A DNA stretch of 49,196 nt from Candidatus Hydrogenedentota bacterium (GTDB lineage: Bacteria; Hydrogenedentota; Hydrogenedentia; Hydrogenedentales; JAJRTN01), in the NCBI GenBank assembly GCA_024278275.1, contig JAJRTN010000125.1, positions 1 to 49,196 of the forward strand, in the 5' to 3' direction. Under the pieces are notes generated by a model. That model made no database searches and was not told the DNA's origin. It saw nothing but the letters and a program-made list of their open reading frames with translations. The first letter of the stretch is position 1. Each line of letters starts with the position of its first letter. Below are positions 17,851 to 28,757 of this stretch, in pieces. Both the position numbers and the translations under genes were made by a program.

Positions 17851-19557
17851 TCACCTTCCGCGTTCTCCTCGTGGCCGATGGGCCGGGTCGGGGCTTGTCA
17901 TCGCCGTACCGGGGGTGAATATACCATCCCGAAGGGCGATGCGCGAATCCGTTGCGCGGCGGGCGTACAGGGTTATCACCAGGCCGTCGAACCGTTTTTC
18001 CTTCACGCGCCGCCATTCCGTGTCGAACCAGGCCCGGATGGGCCGTGTTTTTTCCCGGTCCTCAAAAGTCAGTCCTTCCGAACGGATCAACCATACCCGG
18101 TGATACCCATCCGTGGCCTCGCGCATGGGCACGGGCATAAGCCCGTGATTGCGCAGCAATCCTTCGTGTCCAAATCCCTTGAGGAACTCGACGGCATCGT
18201 CGCGGGTTGCTCCCAGCCGCACTTGGGGCGCATCAAGATAGTGATGCAACGGGTAAACCGTGAAGTGGCTGGTCTCCCCCACCAGGTCGCCGGAACGAAT
18301 TTCCTCTTGCAGGTAGGCCGCCGCGGAACGGAAGTCCACCTTTTCCCACACGCCCAGCCGGTGCGTTACGAGGGGATGGAATCGCTGGGTGTAGTGGTCG
18401 CGCAACAGGGGCGCCGTAAACAGCACGAAAAGTCCCAGGGCGGCGGCCCGCGCCTTTCGTCCCGGCAGCACCGCCACCCCCTGTCCCACGGCGATAAGGC
18501 AGAGTGCGCCGGAGAGAATGAAGATGCGATGCTCGTAAAAAGAGAAATGGCTGCGCCCCCACCATGCCGCCAGAAAGGCCATGGGCACGAAGGGCAATAC
18601 CATCAACAGGGCGGTCGTGATCCAGCGCCGGAGGGAAAGCAGCCCCACGACCATGAACCCGGCGGCCAATAGAAAGAGCGGCCGGTAGGCCCAGGTAGTG
18701 GGGCCATAACCGGCGAAGAAGGTTTTGAATGTAATAAGCGGGGTTTTCCAGGTGGGGTTGGGGTACCAGGGATACTCGATCCCGGAGACCTCGTGCTGCA
18801 TGCGGAACATGAGAAAAAGGGCGGGCGCGATGAGGACCATGAGCAGCAGATTGGCGAAAAACCACGGGACAAGACGGCGGCGATGGGGCCATAAAGTAAC
18901 CACGAAGTAGACGTTCATGGCGAAAATGAGGAAGCAGGCTATGAAATGACTGTACATCAGCACGGCAAGACAGGCCACCATGCCCGCCCAATGCCGCAAC
19001 GCCCCCCCGTCGAGGGCGCGCACCATGCACCACACGGCCACCAGGCCCAAGGGGACGTAGAAGGCGTAGATGCGAAACTCCTGGGCGTAGAGAATATGGA
19101 AGGGCGACAAGGCGTAGAGAAAGGCCGCCACGAGCGCGCCCACGTCGTCCTCCAGCACCCACCGGGCAAGAGCGAAGAGGATGGGAATGGTGGCGATACC
19201 CAAGAGGCAGGGCAGCAGACGGATGAGAAAATCGTTACACTCGTCCGTCACCGGGCCGTGATTCACCGTGCGCACCAGCCCATTCCACGTCCGGGCAAGC
19301 ACGGCCATCATGGGCGGCTCGTCGGAGTTTTCGGCCACGAAAAGGGAACCCCGGCTGTCCACGAACCGTGCCCGGTAAAGACTGGCGCACTCGTCATACC
19401 AGAGGCTGTGTGCCGCGAGACCATACAGGCGCAGGGTCGCGCCCAGCACGATCACCACCAGGAGCAACCAAAGGATCCTGCGCCGTTCCGCCGCTATCGC
19501 GGGGATGTCATCTGCATGAGTAAATGCTTCCATGGGTCCAATTGTATGCGTCTCCAT
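17851..19557 (-). CDS. GT39-like membrane glycosyltransferase (PMT / ArnT family, dolichyl-phosphate-mannose-protein mannosyltransferase-like)
   Basis: The N-terminal half is polytopic with a conserved early loop (LWYDECASLYRA, a DE-like motif). The C-terminal domain is soluble. Start assignment (METHTIG) is uncertain; alternatives are the TTG at 19629 or the ATG at 19533. Confidence 0.6.
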   Translation of the reverse strand: METHTIGPMEAFTHADDIPAIAAERRRILWLLLVVIVLGATLRLYGLAAHSLWYDECASLYRARFVDSRGSLFVAENSDEPPMMAVLARTWNGLVRTVNHGPVTDECNDFLIRLLPCLLGIATIPILFALARWVLEDDVGALVAAFLYALSPFHILYAQEFRIYAFYVPLGLVAVWCMVRALDGGALRHWAGMVACLAVLMYSHFIACFLIFAMNVYFVVTLWPHRRRLVPWFFANLLLMVLIAPALFLMFRMQHEVSGIEYPWYPNPTWKTPLITFKTFFAGYGPTTWAYRPLFLLAAGFMVVGLLSLRRWITTALLMVLPFVPMAFLAAWWGRSHFSFYEHRIFILSGALCLIAVGQGVAVLPGRKARAAALGLFVLFTAPLLRDHYTQRFHPLVTHRLGVWEKVDFRSAAAYLQEEIRSGDLVGETSHFTVYPLHHYLDAPQVRLGATRDDAVEFLKGFGHEGLLRNHGLMPVPMREATDGYHRVWLIRSEGLTFEDREKTRPIRAWFDTEWRRVKEKRFDGLVITLYARRATDSRIALRDGIFTPGTAMTSPDPAHRPRGERGR

Positions 19558-19646
19558 GGGTAGTGTTCCATATCCGCGCCGCCATGTCGCGCCAGGCAGC
19601 AATGTGGTAGTATTGCCACCCGTATTCAACCCAGGGAGACATTGTG

Positions 19647-20528
19647 ATGATCAGGATACTCACCACCCTGACGCTGGGGGTCCTTTCGGCTACAAGCCAG
19701 GCGGAACCGGTACGCGACACCTTCACCCTCTGGCAACTTCCCCAGCAAAGCCCGACACAGATGATGTCCTATGTCATCCGCACGGTGCATGACAGGATCA
19801 TCGTGATCGACGGGGGCAATGACGCCGAGGCGCCCTACCTCAAGGGATTTCTGGGCGCGTTGGGCAACCACGTGACGCTCTGGATCATCAGCCACCCCCA
19901 TGTGGACCATATATCGGCGCTCAACCGCATCCTCGAAAAACCGGGCAATCTGCGCATTGACGCCATTGCGGCGGCCCTGCCCGACCCGGACTGGGTCAAG
20001 GAAAGCTGCCCAACCGAGATAAACGTGGTGGGCCACATGGAGCAACTCAAGGCGGGCGCGAAAGCGAACAATATTCCGCTGCGCGAACTCAAGCTGGGCG
20101 AAACCTTTGCGATTGACGGCATTCAAAGCAAGGTGATCGGCGTGTGCAACCCGGAGTTTCACGGCAACGGCATCAACAATTCCAGCCTCGTCTGGCGCAT
20201 GTGGGACGAACACAAGTCGGTACTCTTCACCGGCGACATGGGTGCGCAGGCAAGCGAAAAGGTGTTGAACGGTCCGTACCGCGATACGTTGAAGAGCGAC
20301 TACGTCCAGATGGCGCACCACGGCCAGGCGGGCGCCGTGGAAGCCTTTTACGTCGCCGTCGCCCCGAAGTACTGCCTGTGGCCCACGCCCGACTGGCTTT
20401 GGGACAACAACAACGGGGGCGGTAAAGGATCGGGGCCTTGGGTCACCCTGGAAGTGCGTGCTTGGATCGACAAACTCAACGTGCAACGCCACTACATCAT
20501 GAAGGACTGTTTGCAGCGGGTTGATTGA
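19647..20528 (+). CDS. MBL-fold metallo-hydrolase, secreted
   Basis: A signal peptide is present (LTTLTLGVLSATSQA). The protein has HxHxDH (ISHPHVDHISAL), a later His (MAHHGQ) and D/H ligands. It is divergently arranged from the GT39-like gene, with about 90 bp between them. Confidence 0.7.
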   Translation: MIRILTTLTLGVLSATSQAEPVRDTFTLWQLPQQSPTQMMSYVIRTVHDRIIVIDGGNDAEAPYLKGFLGALGNHVTLWIISHPHVDHISALNRILEKPGNLRIDAIAAALPDPDWVKESCPTEINVVGHMEQLKAGAKANNIPLRELKLGETFAIDGIQSKVIGVCNPEFHGNGINNSSLVWRMWDEHKSVLFTGDMGAQASEKVLNGPYRDTLKSDYVQMAHHGQAGAVEAFYVAVAPKYCLWPTPDWLWDNNNGGGKGSGPWVTLEVRAWIDKLNVQRHYIMKDCLQRVD

Positions 20529-20602
20529 TCGGGGGCAAGTGGTTTCTGATCGTCAAATCCCCGGCGTGTCGGGTCCGCGGAGAGGAAGCTGCCGTGAAGG
20601 CG

Positions 20603-22039
20603 TTATTCGTACAGCCGGACCCTTGCGTAGTGGATGCCTTTTCCTTCCGCATGGGTGCCGAGGAGATCAACCATTCTCGATGGCGGTGACCCGGCACGGA
20701 CCGTGGCCGTGAAGTAGTTGTTCATCGGGAAGCGTAGCGGCACGCGAAGTGGTGGACCGGGTGTTCCCTCCGAATCAAGCTCGAGTATCCGGTTCTCCGA
20801 AACCGGCCGGCCTGCGGTGTCCGTGCCGCCGACGTAATAGAAGACGAAAAGGCGATTGTCCGGCGTGGCTTGAAAACGGGGCCGCGCGGGGATCTCCGCC
20901 GACTTGCCTTCCTCGGCCAGCATCAGGGTGCGACGCGTTACCACGTTGCCTTCGCGGACCACGGCGTATTTCATGGCGTGACGCTGTACGGCATCCGGGA
21001 AGAAACGTTCGCGCAGCCGCTCGTCAATCGCGCGCTCGGTCCAGACGATATGCGCCGCGCCGTCGGGCGCCAGCCAAAGATCTCCCGGAGTAATCCGTCC
21101 GCCGGTCTTGTCGGTGCTGGCAATCTCGAGCCAGTCATTGAACCGTCCCGTCAGGATATCCGGTGACCACGTGTAAAACAGTCTGCGGAAATCGTAATCC
21201 CACTTGCGCCCCGTAAGCTCATGCTTAAACGCGCGCCACGCCTCGTAAGGTTCCATAATATCGCTCACCCCGCAGAAATACACCGCGCGGTTCTTCAACG
21301 CCACATTGGGGTAGCAGACTCGGATCGGCTGGGGCGTGTCGTATTCCGCGCCCCACGGCCACTTCAACTTTCCTTGACTCAGCCATTGGCCATCGCTGCT
21401 TCGAAAGGCCCATTCCGCGTGGGTATAACCGATGTTCTGGAAGAGGATGAGTTCGCGGGCAACGCCGTCGGCGGCGAAGCTGCGGTAGGAGTGTTCGGTG
21501 AATTCCGGCGTACCGTCCCAGACCGGCAGAATGATCGTGGGCGTTTTCCTTGGGTCCGCCGTGACGAATTCCAGGATTGCCGGGCGGGCGGGACCACCGT
21601 ACTGGCTTGGATCGCTCACCAGGGTCGGGTTGACCGACAAGAAGAGGCGTCCATCGGGAAACACGGCGAGTGGAGACGGTTCCCGCGTTCTATCCTTCGG
21701 ATCAGCGCCCACCTGTCGCCATCCGCTCTTGTCACGCTGGAACAGCGTCCAACGGCAGTTGTTAAGCGGTCTGGCGTTCTCGAGGAGCTCTATCCCGCTG
21801 GCGAAGAGATTGTCCCCGATGCGAACCAGGCACGTCGAACCGTGACACCACATGGGCCCGGCGCCGTTGTTGGCCGGCTCATACTGGTAGACCATCTCCT
21901 CCGCTTCCACCACCGGCTGGAGGGGGGAAGGTTCCGCGGCGGAACCCAATGGACTGAAAACGATGGTCAGAAACATGGCGCAGACCGAGCCGCGGCCTAT
22001 TCGAGGAGCCCCGTTCAATTTCGCGCAACTGTCTGACAT
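20603..22039 (-). CDS. hypothetical exported protein
   Basis: The start is at MSDSC..RIGRGSVCAMFLTIVFSPLGSA, a signal peptide. No domain was recognised by eye. It sits at the edge of the glycan-degradation cluster. Confidence 0.4.
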   Translation of the reverse strand: MSDSCAKLNGAPRIGRGSVCAMFLTIVFSPLGSAAEPSPLQPVVEAEEMVYQYEPANNGAGPMWCHGSTCLVRIGDNLFASGIELLENARPLNNCRWTLFQRDKSGWRQVGADPKDRTREPSPLAVFPDGRLFLSVNPTLVSDPSQYGGPARPAILEFVTADPRKTPTIILPVWDGTPEFTEHSYRSFAADGVARELILFQNIGYTHAEWAFRSSDGQWLSQGKLKWPWGAEYDTPQPIRVCYPNVALKNRAVYFCGVSDIMEPYEAWRAFKHELTGRKWDYDFRRLFYTWSPDILTGRFNDWLEIASTDKTGGRITPGDLWLAPDGAAHIVWTERAIDERLRERFFPDAVQRHAMKYAVVREGNVVTRRTLMLAEEGKSAEIPARPRFQATPDNRLFVFYYVGGTDTAGRPVSENRILELDSEGTPGPPLRVPLRFPMNNYFTATVRAGSPPSRMVDLLGTHAEGKGIHYARVRLYE

Positions 22040-22719
22040 GAAAAGAATCCTTTCCTGGATAGTCCTAAAAAAAGCGGGGAAGTTCAGGGCCATGACACAC
22101 GCTTCAGTCCCTTCCCCGTGAAGTCCTGTACAGATGGTCACGAAAACGTGTCGTTGCCTTCGCCATTCCCGCGAACGGGGGAATCACTGAAAAAGAGCGA
22201 AGTCACGCCGTCGCCCCACCGGCTTCTCCCCGATGCGTGGCATGACCCTATTCCCTGCCAGTTTACGGCACGCCCATGGCGTACTACCTTTTGAAGTATC
22301 CAGCCTATCACTGTTCGCCGGAATTTGGAAGGGCCCTTTTCCGGCGTGTTATTTGCGAAAAGGTGATTTTCAGCAGGACCACCGCATGATCCGGTATGTT
22401 GCGGCTCGACGAGCCGAAACATACGAAATACCGGGACCGAACGCGGTCCTACGGATGGCACGTAAAGCGAGCCTCCATTTCGCAAATGCCTCACCAAACC
22501 CAAACCTTGACAACGGGACCATCATGTCGTAAAACAGATCGATGGCGCGCCAAAGCCCACCCCACAAAACTTTCATCCCTCGCCCGCGAACAGGAATACT
22601 ATGAGAGGGGGGCTGTTTCTGGATGGCTTGCATATCAACCGACACGTTCCTTCGCGGGAATGGCGGCAGGGCGGTGCATGGGGCGCGCGGTCAAACACGG
22701 AGGAAAAACGGTGGGCAAG

Positions 22720-24216
22720 ATGGCACGACGCGAGTTCGTGGGCGGGTCGGTTTTCGCGGGGCTGACGGCGTCTTTGGTTATGGGCGGGGCTGACGGCCAA
22801 TCTTCGGTGAAATCCAGAGAAAGCCCCGTCATTTCCGCCGGGAGGCCCCGCCCCAATGTGTTATGGATCCAGACGGATGAGCAGCGGCCTGATTCCCTGG
22901 GGTGCTACGGATCCTCCTGGGCGCGCACGCCCAACCTGGACCGACTCGCCCAGCGAGGGACCACCTTTCATGAGTGCCACGTGCAGAGTCCCGTCTGCGT
23001 GCCCAGCCGCACGTCGATGCTCATGGGCAAGTACCCGATGGAGATGGGGATCCTGTGGAATGAGACGCAGTTCAAGGACGGGGTCTTGGACCCGGAGGAA
23101 AAGAGCTTTGTAAACCTGTTCGCCGACGCGGGGTACCGCACCGCAAGTATTGGAAAATGGCACACCCCCAACCACCCGACCTGGCAGGAGAACGAGGACT
23201 TCATCTTGTTCAACGTATCCGGTACGGGGAAGGGTACGGTGGAGGTGGCCGACTGTTTCTCCCTTATGGCGCCCTACTCGGAGTCCGAGCATCGCGTGAT
23301 CAAAAGAAAGGGTTCATCCCCCGTCATCATGAGCGGCATCTATCCCTACCATGACTGGGGAGCTACGCCCTCCGGCCATGTTACCGACCGGGCCATTGCC
23401 TGGCTGAAAGAAGCGGCCGGTCACGATCAGCCGTTTTTCTTGCGTGTTTCGCATCTGTGGCCTCACTCTCCGGTACTCGTCCCGCGGCCTTGGGACAAAT
23501 TGTACGCCCCCGCCGATATGCCGTACCGGCCTTTCAACCGGCAAGCCTATGAGAGCCGATCCGCCTACGACCGCGGTCTCTACAACACGCAGGAAACTTC
23601 AAAGATCCCGGAAAGTACCTGGCGAAGGATTCTGGCGGATTACTATGGGCTCTGTGCCTATTTGGACCACGAAGTAGGCCGGCTGATGCGAGCGCTGCAA
23701 GCGTTGGGGATCCATGAGAACACGGTGGTGGCCTTCAATGCCGACCATGGGAAAAGTCTGGGGGAAATTGGGTTGAGCGAGAAGGGAAACTTTGACCGCG
23801 AGGTATGGCGGGTTCCCTTCCTCCTGTCGTTTCCCGGGCACGTTCCCGAGAACAGCCACCGCCACGACCTGATGGAACTGATGGATTTCGGGCCTACCCT
23901 GTGTTCCCTGGCCGGGATCGATTTTCCCGCCGGCATGGGAGGACGCGATTTGTTCAATTCATCGGAACCGGAAGCGGTTTTTGGCGTCATTGAACTGATT
24001 GGACGAAGGCGCGCGGCCATTCGAACCCGGCAATTCCGGTATGACTACACGGTGCTTCGCGGGGGCAAGAAGGCCGGTCCCGATGAATATGACGCCAATC
24101 TCATCGATCTCGACAACGATCCCTTTGAAGAACACAACCTGGCGAATGTCCCCGAGTACGCGGCCACGGCGGCCTGTTTGCGGGAAAGAATCGAGCAATG
24201 GCTGGCGTCTTCCTGA
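22720..24216 (+). CDS. sulfatase (formylglycine-dependent, arylsulfatase family) with Tat-type signal
   Basis: The N-terminus reads MARREFVGGSVFAGLTASLV, a twin-arginine-like signal. The C-x-P-x-R formylglycine motif (SPVCVPSRTSMLMGKYP) is present, as are metal-ligand regions (WIQTDEQRPD, ADHGKS). Confidence 0.8.
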   Translation: MARREFVGGSVFAGLTASLVMGGADGQSSVKSRESPVISAGRPRPNVLWIQTDEQRPDSLGCYGSSWARTPNLDRLAQRGTTFHECHVQSPVCVPSRTSMLMGKYPMEMGILWNETQFKDGVLDPEEKSFVNLFADAGYRTASIGKWHTPNHPTWQENEDFILFNVSGTGKGTVEVADCFSLMAPYSESEHRVIKRKGSSPVIMSGIYPYHDWGATPSGHVTDRAIAWLKEAAGHDQPFFLRVSHLWPHSPVLVPRPWDKLYAPADMPYRPFNRQAYESRSAYDRGLYNTQETSKIPESTWRRILADYYGLCAYLDHEVGRLMRALQALGIHENTVVAFNADHGKSLGEIGLSEKGNFDREVWRVPFLLSFPGHVPENSHRHDLMELMDFGPTLCSLAGIDFPAGMGGRDLFNSSEPEAVFGVIELIGRRRAAIRTRQFRYDYTVLRGGKKAGPDEYDANLIDLDNDPFEEHNLANVPEYAATAACLRERIEQWLASS

Positions 24217-24474
24217 GCCCCGGGACATCCGCCGGCGCCCACGGAATCGGGAAGGTTTTCGGAAAGCACGATGATGCACCGGGATGTCTCGTCAGTCCTT
24301 CGCCCGGATACTTCACCAGTCTCCTGTTGCGCACGCGTATTCCGGGCCATCTCAAGAACTTGTCTTTCCCGGCGAACTCGACGTGCAGCTACACGCTGTC
24401 GTCCGTCTTGCTTCGCCAAGCCTTTGACCGGACCCCAATCTACACAGGCTCACGAAATGGGTGAAATGTCCGGG

Positions 24475-26370
24475 TTAGACGCCGTCGGAGAGGTCGTGGA
24501 ACCAGTCCTTGCAGTGAATTCCAAGCTCTTGACGTGGGTTTCGATGCGATTTGAGGCCCAGCGTGAACTTGAAGTCCACGCCTTCGCGAATGAGCTTCAG
24601 AAGAAGCGTGTTGTTCCCTTTTTTTAAGCCAACCTCGAAGAAGCTGTTCCATGGCGCCCACATGAGGTGTTCACGACGCTCGCCGACCAGTTCCCCGTTG
24701 AGGTAGATGCGAAATGGGTTGGTGTGCCCGATGGTCAGTGTGGCCGGCTGGTCCCTGTCACTGATGATGGTGCGTGCGCAGTAGGCGCACCAGGCGCCTT
24801 CCAGGCCGATTAGACGCTCGGGAGCGACTTCATAGGCATAGGAAGGAAGAAGGGCGGGGCGCCCGAGGAGCCGGGAGAACTCGGCGTGCAGGCGGTCTAT
24901 ATCCAGGTTCGGCTCGGGCAGATAATCCCGGTCCAATGAAGCATAGTGGTGGTTGATGCAGCGGAAAAAGCCGCGCTCCTTTGCCTCTTCCGTCCAAGCG
25001 TCAAAAAACACACCAAGCAAGCGGTACATGCCCGCGCCGGCGACGCCAAATTCCTTTTTGCCTTCGGGTCCCATTCCCGCGACGGACAGGGTGAAGCGGT
25101 GAGACATGGGCCACTCGGAGATGCCGTCGGGCGCGCGAAGGGAGAATCGTCTGTCGCGGCACCCCCCGCTTAAAGCGGTCTCACCGGGCGCGATGGCCCA
25201 ACCCGCCGGGCCTTTAAGCGTCAGCACGGCATCATCCGGGACCTTTCCCTTCACGGAGACGTCCACCTCAAGCGTATCGCCTGGCGCGGCACAGGGAGTC
25301 CCCCGGTAGCGTATCTGGTAAATCACTTCCGGTGCTCTCGCGCTTTCCGGCAGCGGATCAACAACGGGCGCCCCGGTGATTTCCACGCCGCTGGCGCACG
25401 CATGACCGAGAAGGATGCCCATCCGGGCGTTATCGCGCGCCAGCGCCGACAGGGTCATCTCCGGACGGTGGTAATCAATCCCCATGATGAGTTCATCGCC
25501 GACAGGTTCCCGCATCGCGGCGGGTATGTTCCTGGCACCGAGAATCTGGCCGAGGAAGGCGCCGGTAGTGGCGAGGGTGGAGTCAACATCGTAGGCGCAT
25601 GCGAGGCCGGCGCGCATGGTCGCTTCGAAATCGTTCTCCCCGTAGAGCAGAGCGAGAAAGATGATGGGGATGTTCGCGTAGGTATCGCAAGCCTCGGGTT
25701 TCGCGCCCAGAAGCAGGTAGCGATCCCGCGCTTCGCGCAGGGACAGACCTTGGTCATGAGCCTCCATGACGGCGTCGATGAGACGCCGAAGCGGGTATTT
25801 CCTTGGCATGAAGTGCAGGCAGATCTCGATCAGGCGTCGAATATCCGAGATCGTGAAAGCCATCGCCGACATGGCCGCGAACATCTGCTCCATCGCAATT
25901 GCTTCCGGCCCATGATCAAGCCCGCCGTCCAGTTCGGCGAAACGCGCGGCCAGGTCGGGGGCGCCGGGAAAACTGTAGCCCCAGATCTCGGAACGGATGA
26001 TGCAGCCCATGCCGGTGTCGTAGAACGCATTGTTGTATTTCCCGGACATGGGCGGCTGGATGCCCAGGCGCCAGTTTCGGCGGAAGTTCCCGTATTCGCA
26101 GAAGGGGTACCAACAGTATTCCAGCCAGGCATCTGCCAGGTCCTCGGGCTGAAGATGGGGGCCCTTCTCCTCCAGCACCTTCAGCCAAAGCACCGGGATA
26201 TCAAGATCATCGTTGGGCGGCACGGTGTCCGGAAAGAGTTCACCGGGGCCGACCTCAATCCAGTGTTTCCGGCCCTCAAAGCGCGCGCCGATGGTGCCGC
26301 CGATACATTTGCCCAGCCAGCCGCCATGGATCTTGTCCAGGTAGGTTTCGTATTCGATTAGCATGGTCAT
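24475..26370 (-). CDS. ADP-ribosylglycohydrolase-fold protein with C-terminal beta-rich extension
   Basis: The N-terminal motif IHGGWLGKCIGGTIGARFEG and the later D..S/T-rich metal-binding region (YDVDSTLATTGAFLGQ) are typical of the ARH/DraG fold. The protein is 631 aa, much longer than canonical ARH enzymes. Confidence 0.6.
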   Translation of the reverse strand: MTMLIEYETYLDKIHGGWLGKCIGGTIGARFEGRKHWIEVGPGELFPDTVPPNDDLDIPVLWLKVLEEKGPHLQPEDLADAWLEYCWYPFCEYGNFRRNWRLGIQPPMSGKYNNAFYDTGMGCIIRSEIWGYSFPGAPDLAARFAELDGGLDHGPEAIAMEQMFAAMSAMAFTISDIRRLIEICLHFMPRKYPLRRLIDAVMEAHDQGLSLREARDRYLLLGAKPEACDTYANIPIIFLALLYGENDFEATMRAGLACAYDVDSTLATTGAFLGQILGARNIPAAMREPVGDELIMGIDYHRPEMTLSALARDNARMGILLGHACASGVEITGAPVVDPLPESARAPEVIYQIRYRGTPCAAPGDTLEVDVSVKGKVPDDAVLTLKGPAGWAIAPGETALSGGCRDRRFSLRAPDGISEWPMSHRFTLSVAGMGPEGKKEFGVAGAGMYRLLGVFFDAWTEEAKERGFFRCINHHYASLDRDYLPEPNLDIDRLHAEFSRLLGRPALLPSYAYEVAPERLIGLEGAWCAYCARTIISDRDQPATLTIGHTNPFRIYLNGELVGERREHLMWAPWNSFFEVGLKKGNNTLLLKLIREGVDFKFTLGLKSHRNPRQELGIHCKDWFHDLSDGV

Positions 26371-26388
26371 CCCTCCGAGCGTGGTTCG

Positions 26389-28725
26389 TCATTCAGTTTT
26401 GTAACGGTAATTGAAGCGGCCAAAGGGGGCGCTGTCGCCGTTCAGGGTAAAGGCATCGATATCGTCCTCAAGCCGGAAGTTGTCGGCCCACTTGAATTCA
26501 ATGTCCAAGGCGTGATTTTCCGAAAGGCCAAGGGACTTCCGCCCAACGGCAAGCATGAGTTCATTAGCCTGTACGGCAAACCGTGCCGTGTCCCTGGGCT
26601 GCCAGTTCCAGCCGTTGGCCGTGTGTTCCACGACACTGGTCGCGCCATCCAACAGTCTGCGGTTGATGGCGATGTCGTAGCCTTCCCAGCCGGTCGCGGG
26701 ATCGCGGTCGGTGTTGATGAAAAGGACCATCCAGTCCGGGTCGCTATAGGGCGACATGGCTTCGCGTGTCTTGACATAAAAGTAGAGCTTCCCTGCGTCG
26801 CGTGCCACCTTCGACAGGATGATGTCGTTGCGCCCGGTGGCGTTTTGATAGCGGGTCACCGTGTTGAAGCCGGGATGGTCGCGGTGTACCGTGTCGCCCA
26901 TGTTGTCGCGGTATTCCGGGCTGACGGCGGACCACTGCGAGAAGGATCCCGTGATGTCGATGGATCTTGGCCGCGATGCAACGGGTAATGCCCTGGCCCC
27001 TTTGAAGCGGCGAATGTAGTTGACCATCTGATAATAGTAGTTGTCACTATATCCACCTTTCATGGGTTCCACGTCGCGGCTGCCGACCTGGTCATAGGCA
27101 TCGCAGAACATGACGGGCACGTTTGTCTCGCCAATGGGTTCCGACAGTCTCCCGGCGAACCACTCGTTCCAACCTGTAACGAAGATGAAAGCCGGGTCGG
27201 CCTGCAAGGCACGGTCCCATTGTTCCGCGAAATTGTAACCGTGGCGCACGGCGCCGGGGGACCTGTCGTTTTGGCCCTCGTGGTAGTTGCGACTGCGGGA
27301 ACGTGGGTCGCTGAAGAGACGCACGCCGTGAACGCCCAGTTTATGGCCCGCCGATGGCGGCAAAAACGTCCATGCGGGCGCGTTCTCATCCGCGCCCGCG
27401 CGACGCCGGTATTCCTCCACTTCCGCTTCGGTGATGGCATTCTGGGCGACGCCAACGGCCATCTCCTCGGGCTGGCCCTTTTCGTCCGGGAAAACGTTCT
27501 GCGGGTACGCCTGAAGCCAACCCCACACGTTGCCGCCCGTTGAGCCGGCGAACATGGAGGGCTGAGGCGTCCTGAAAGTAAAGAAATCGCGCATGGACGG
27601 TTGACCGGGGTTGACGGTGTCAATGCGGATGGTCCGGTCCCCGGCAATGGCGACACCATCGGCAAAGGCTGAGCCCGCCGCATAGACATCACCGGTATGG
27701 CTCCACCAGCCGATTTTCCCCCGTGCCCCGGAGGCCTCCAGGTAGTAGCTTCCGGCCGGCAGGGCTTCCCCGGACTTCAGCGACACCCACGCATTATCCT
27801 GGACGGCTTCAAAGGATTTACTGATAAGCCGTTTGCCCTCGGGACCATCCCTGAAAAGTGTCAGCGTCATGGCGGAATCGGTCTCCGCATAGGTGGGAAA
27901 GCACCCCCCCACGCCGTCAAAGGATTTGCCCACGGTGAAGGATTGCCCAAGCGTGTGGCCGGGCTTCAGCTCGTTGGGCGTGTTGCGTTCCATGTTTCCC
28001 TCGCCATCGGACACCATGTCCGGATTGGCGAGAATAAGCGGTTTTCCTTCCCAACGAAACCACAAGTCTTCATAACGTCCTTTCGAGTAGAGCTTATCGT
28101 AGAGTTCCCTGACCGTGCTCCCCGGGTCCCCGAATGGCGCCAGGAAAGCCACATAGGGCGTGGCGTTTCCTTCGGCGCGTACCGCCTCGAGCGTGTCGAA
28201 AAGGGCGGTGTAGTTCTCTTCGTAGATGAGTCTGTTGCTGACATCAAAGATGAGCGTATCCACGCCCGCATCCGCCAGCATCTGCGCATGCTTGCGCAGG
28301 ACCCACCGGTCATCCCCAAGGTAGTATCCAAAGAGGGGCTCTCCCCAGTGATGAGGCGCGCCTATCGGTCCCCAAAGCGGACTGTCCTTCTTTTGAGCCG
28401 CCTCCGGGTCCATGTTCAGGATGCGGGTAACATCCCAAGGCCCCCCGCGTACATGCGCGCCGTGCCACAGAAAGTAGAAGATGCCCACCCAGCGGTTGCT
28501 TCGGGGAGGGCCAACCTCCTCATGTGTTGCGACGCGCCTTCCCAAGGCGTCCGTCGCCGCCCACGTGTCGCTGTAGTTATCCCATGGTGCATGGAAGCGG
28601 CTGCCAAGCGTCGCCTCCTGCCCCGTGGCGTGGGCCGCCGCAAATGCGGAAATCAGCATGGTCAGCGTGAGAAAACGGGTTCGTCCCGTCAAGCAAAAGA
28701 CGCCGTTACCGGATTTCATCTCCAA
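26389..28725 (-). CDS. putative glycoside hydrolase (TIM-barrel GH-like), paralogue of 31791-33995
   Basis: A signal peptide is present (RFLTLTMLISAFAAAHA). The segment WVGIFYFLWHG...HAQMLADAGVDTLIFDV parallels WGSYFFKEMFYWH...HALWLMDMGVDFISADW in the 31791 gene. The family could not be named from sequence alone. Confidence 0.45.
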   Translation of the reverse strand: MEMKSGNGVFCLTGRTRFLTLTMLISAFAAAHATGQEATLGSRFHAPWDNYSDTWAATDALGRRVATHEEVGPPRSNRWVGIFYFLWHGAHVRGGPWDVTRILNMDPEAAQKKDSPLWGPIGAPHHWGEPLFGYYLGDDRWVLRKHAQMLADAGVDTLIFDVSNRLIYEENYTALFDTLEAVRAEGNATPYVAFLAPFGDPGSTVRELYDKLYSKGRYEDLWFRWEGKPLILANPDMVSDGEGNMERNTPNELKPGHTLGQSFTVGKSFDGVGGCFPTYAETDSAMTLTLFRDGPEGKRLISKSFEAVQDNAWVSLKSGEALPAGSYYLEASGARGKIGWWSHTGDVYAAGSAFADGVAIAGDRTIRIDTVNPGQPSMRDFFTFRTPQPSMFAGSTGGNVWGWLQAYPQNVFPDEKGQPEEMAVGVAQNAITEAEVEEYRRRAGADENAPAWTFLPPSAGHKLGVHGVRLFSDPRSRSRNYHEGQNDRSPGAVRHGYNFAEQWDRALQADPAFIFVTGWNEWFAGRLSEPIGETNVPVMFCDAYDQVGSRDVEPMKGGYSDNYYYQMVNYIRRFKGARALPVASRPRSIDITGSFSQWSAVSPEYRDNMGDTVHRDHPGFNTVTRYQNATGRNDIILSKVARDAGKLYFYVKTREAMSPYSDPDWMVLFINTDRDPATGWEGYDIAINRRLLDGATSVVEHTANGWNWQPRDTARFAVQANELMLAVGRKSLGLSENHALDIEFKWADNFRLEDDIDAFTLNGDSAPFGRFNYRYKTE

Positions 28726-28757
28726 CCTCCTCGTGGGTGCGGCACGACCGTGCTCCT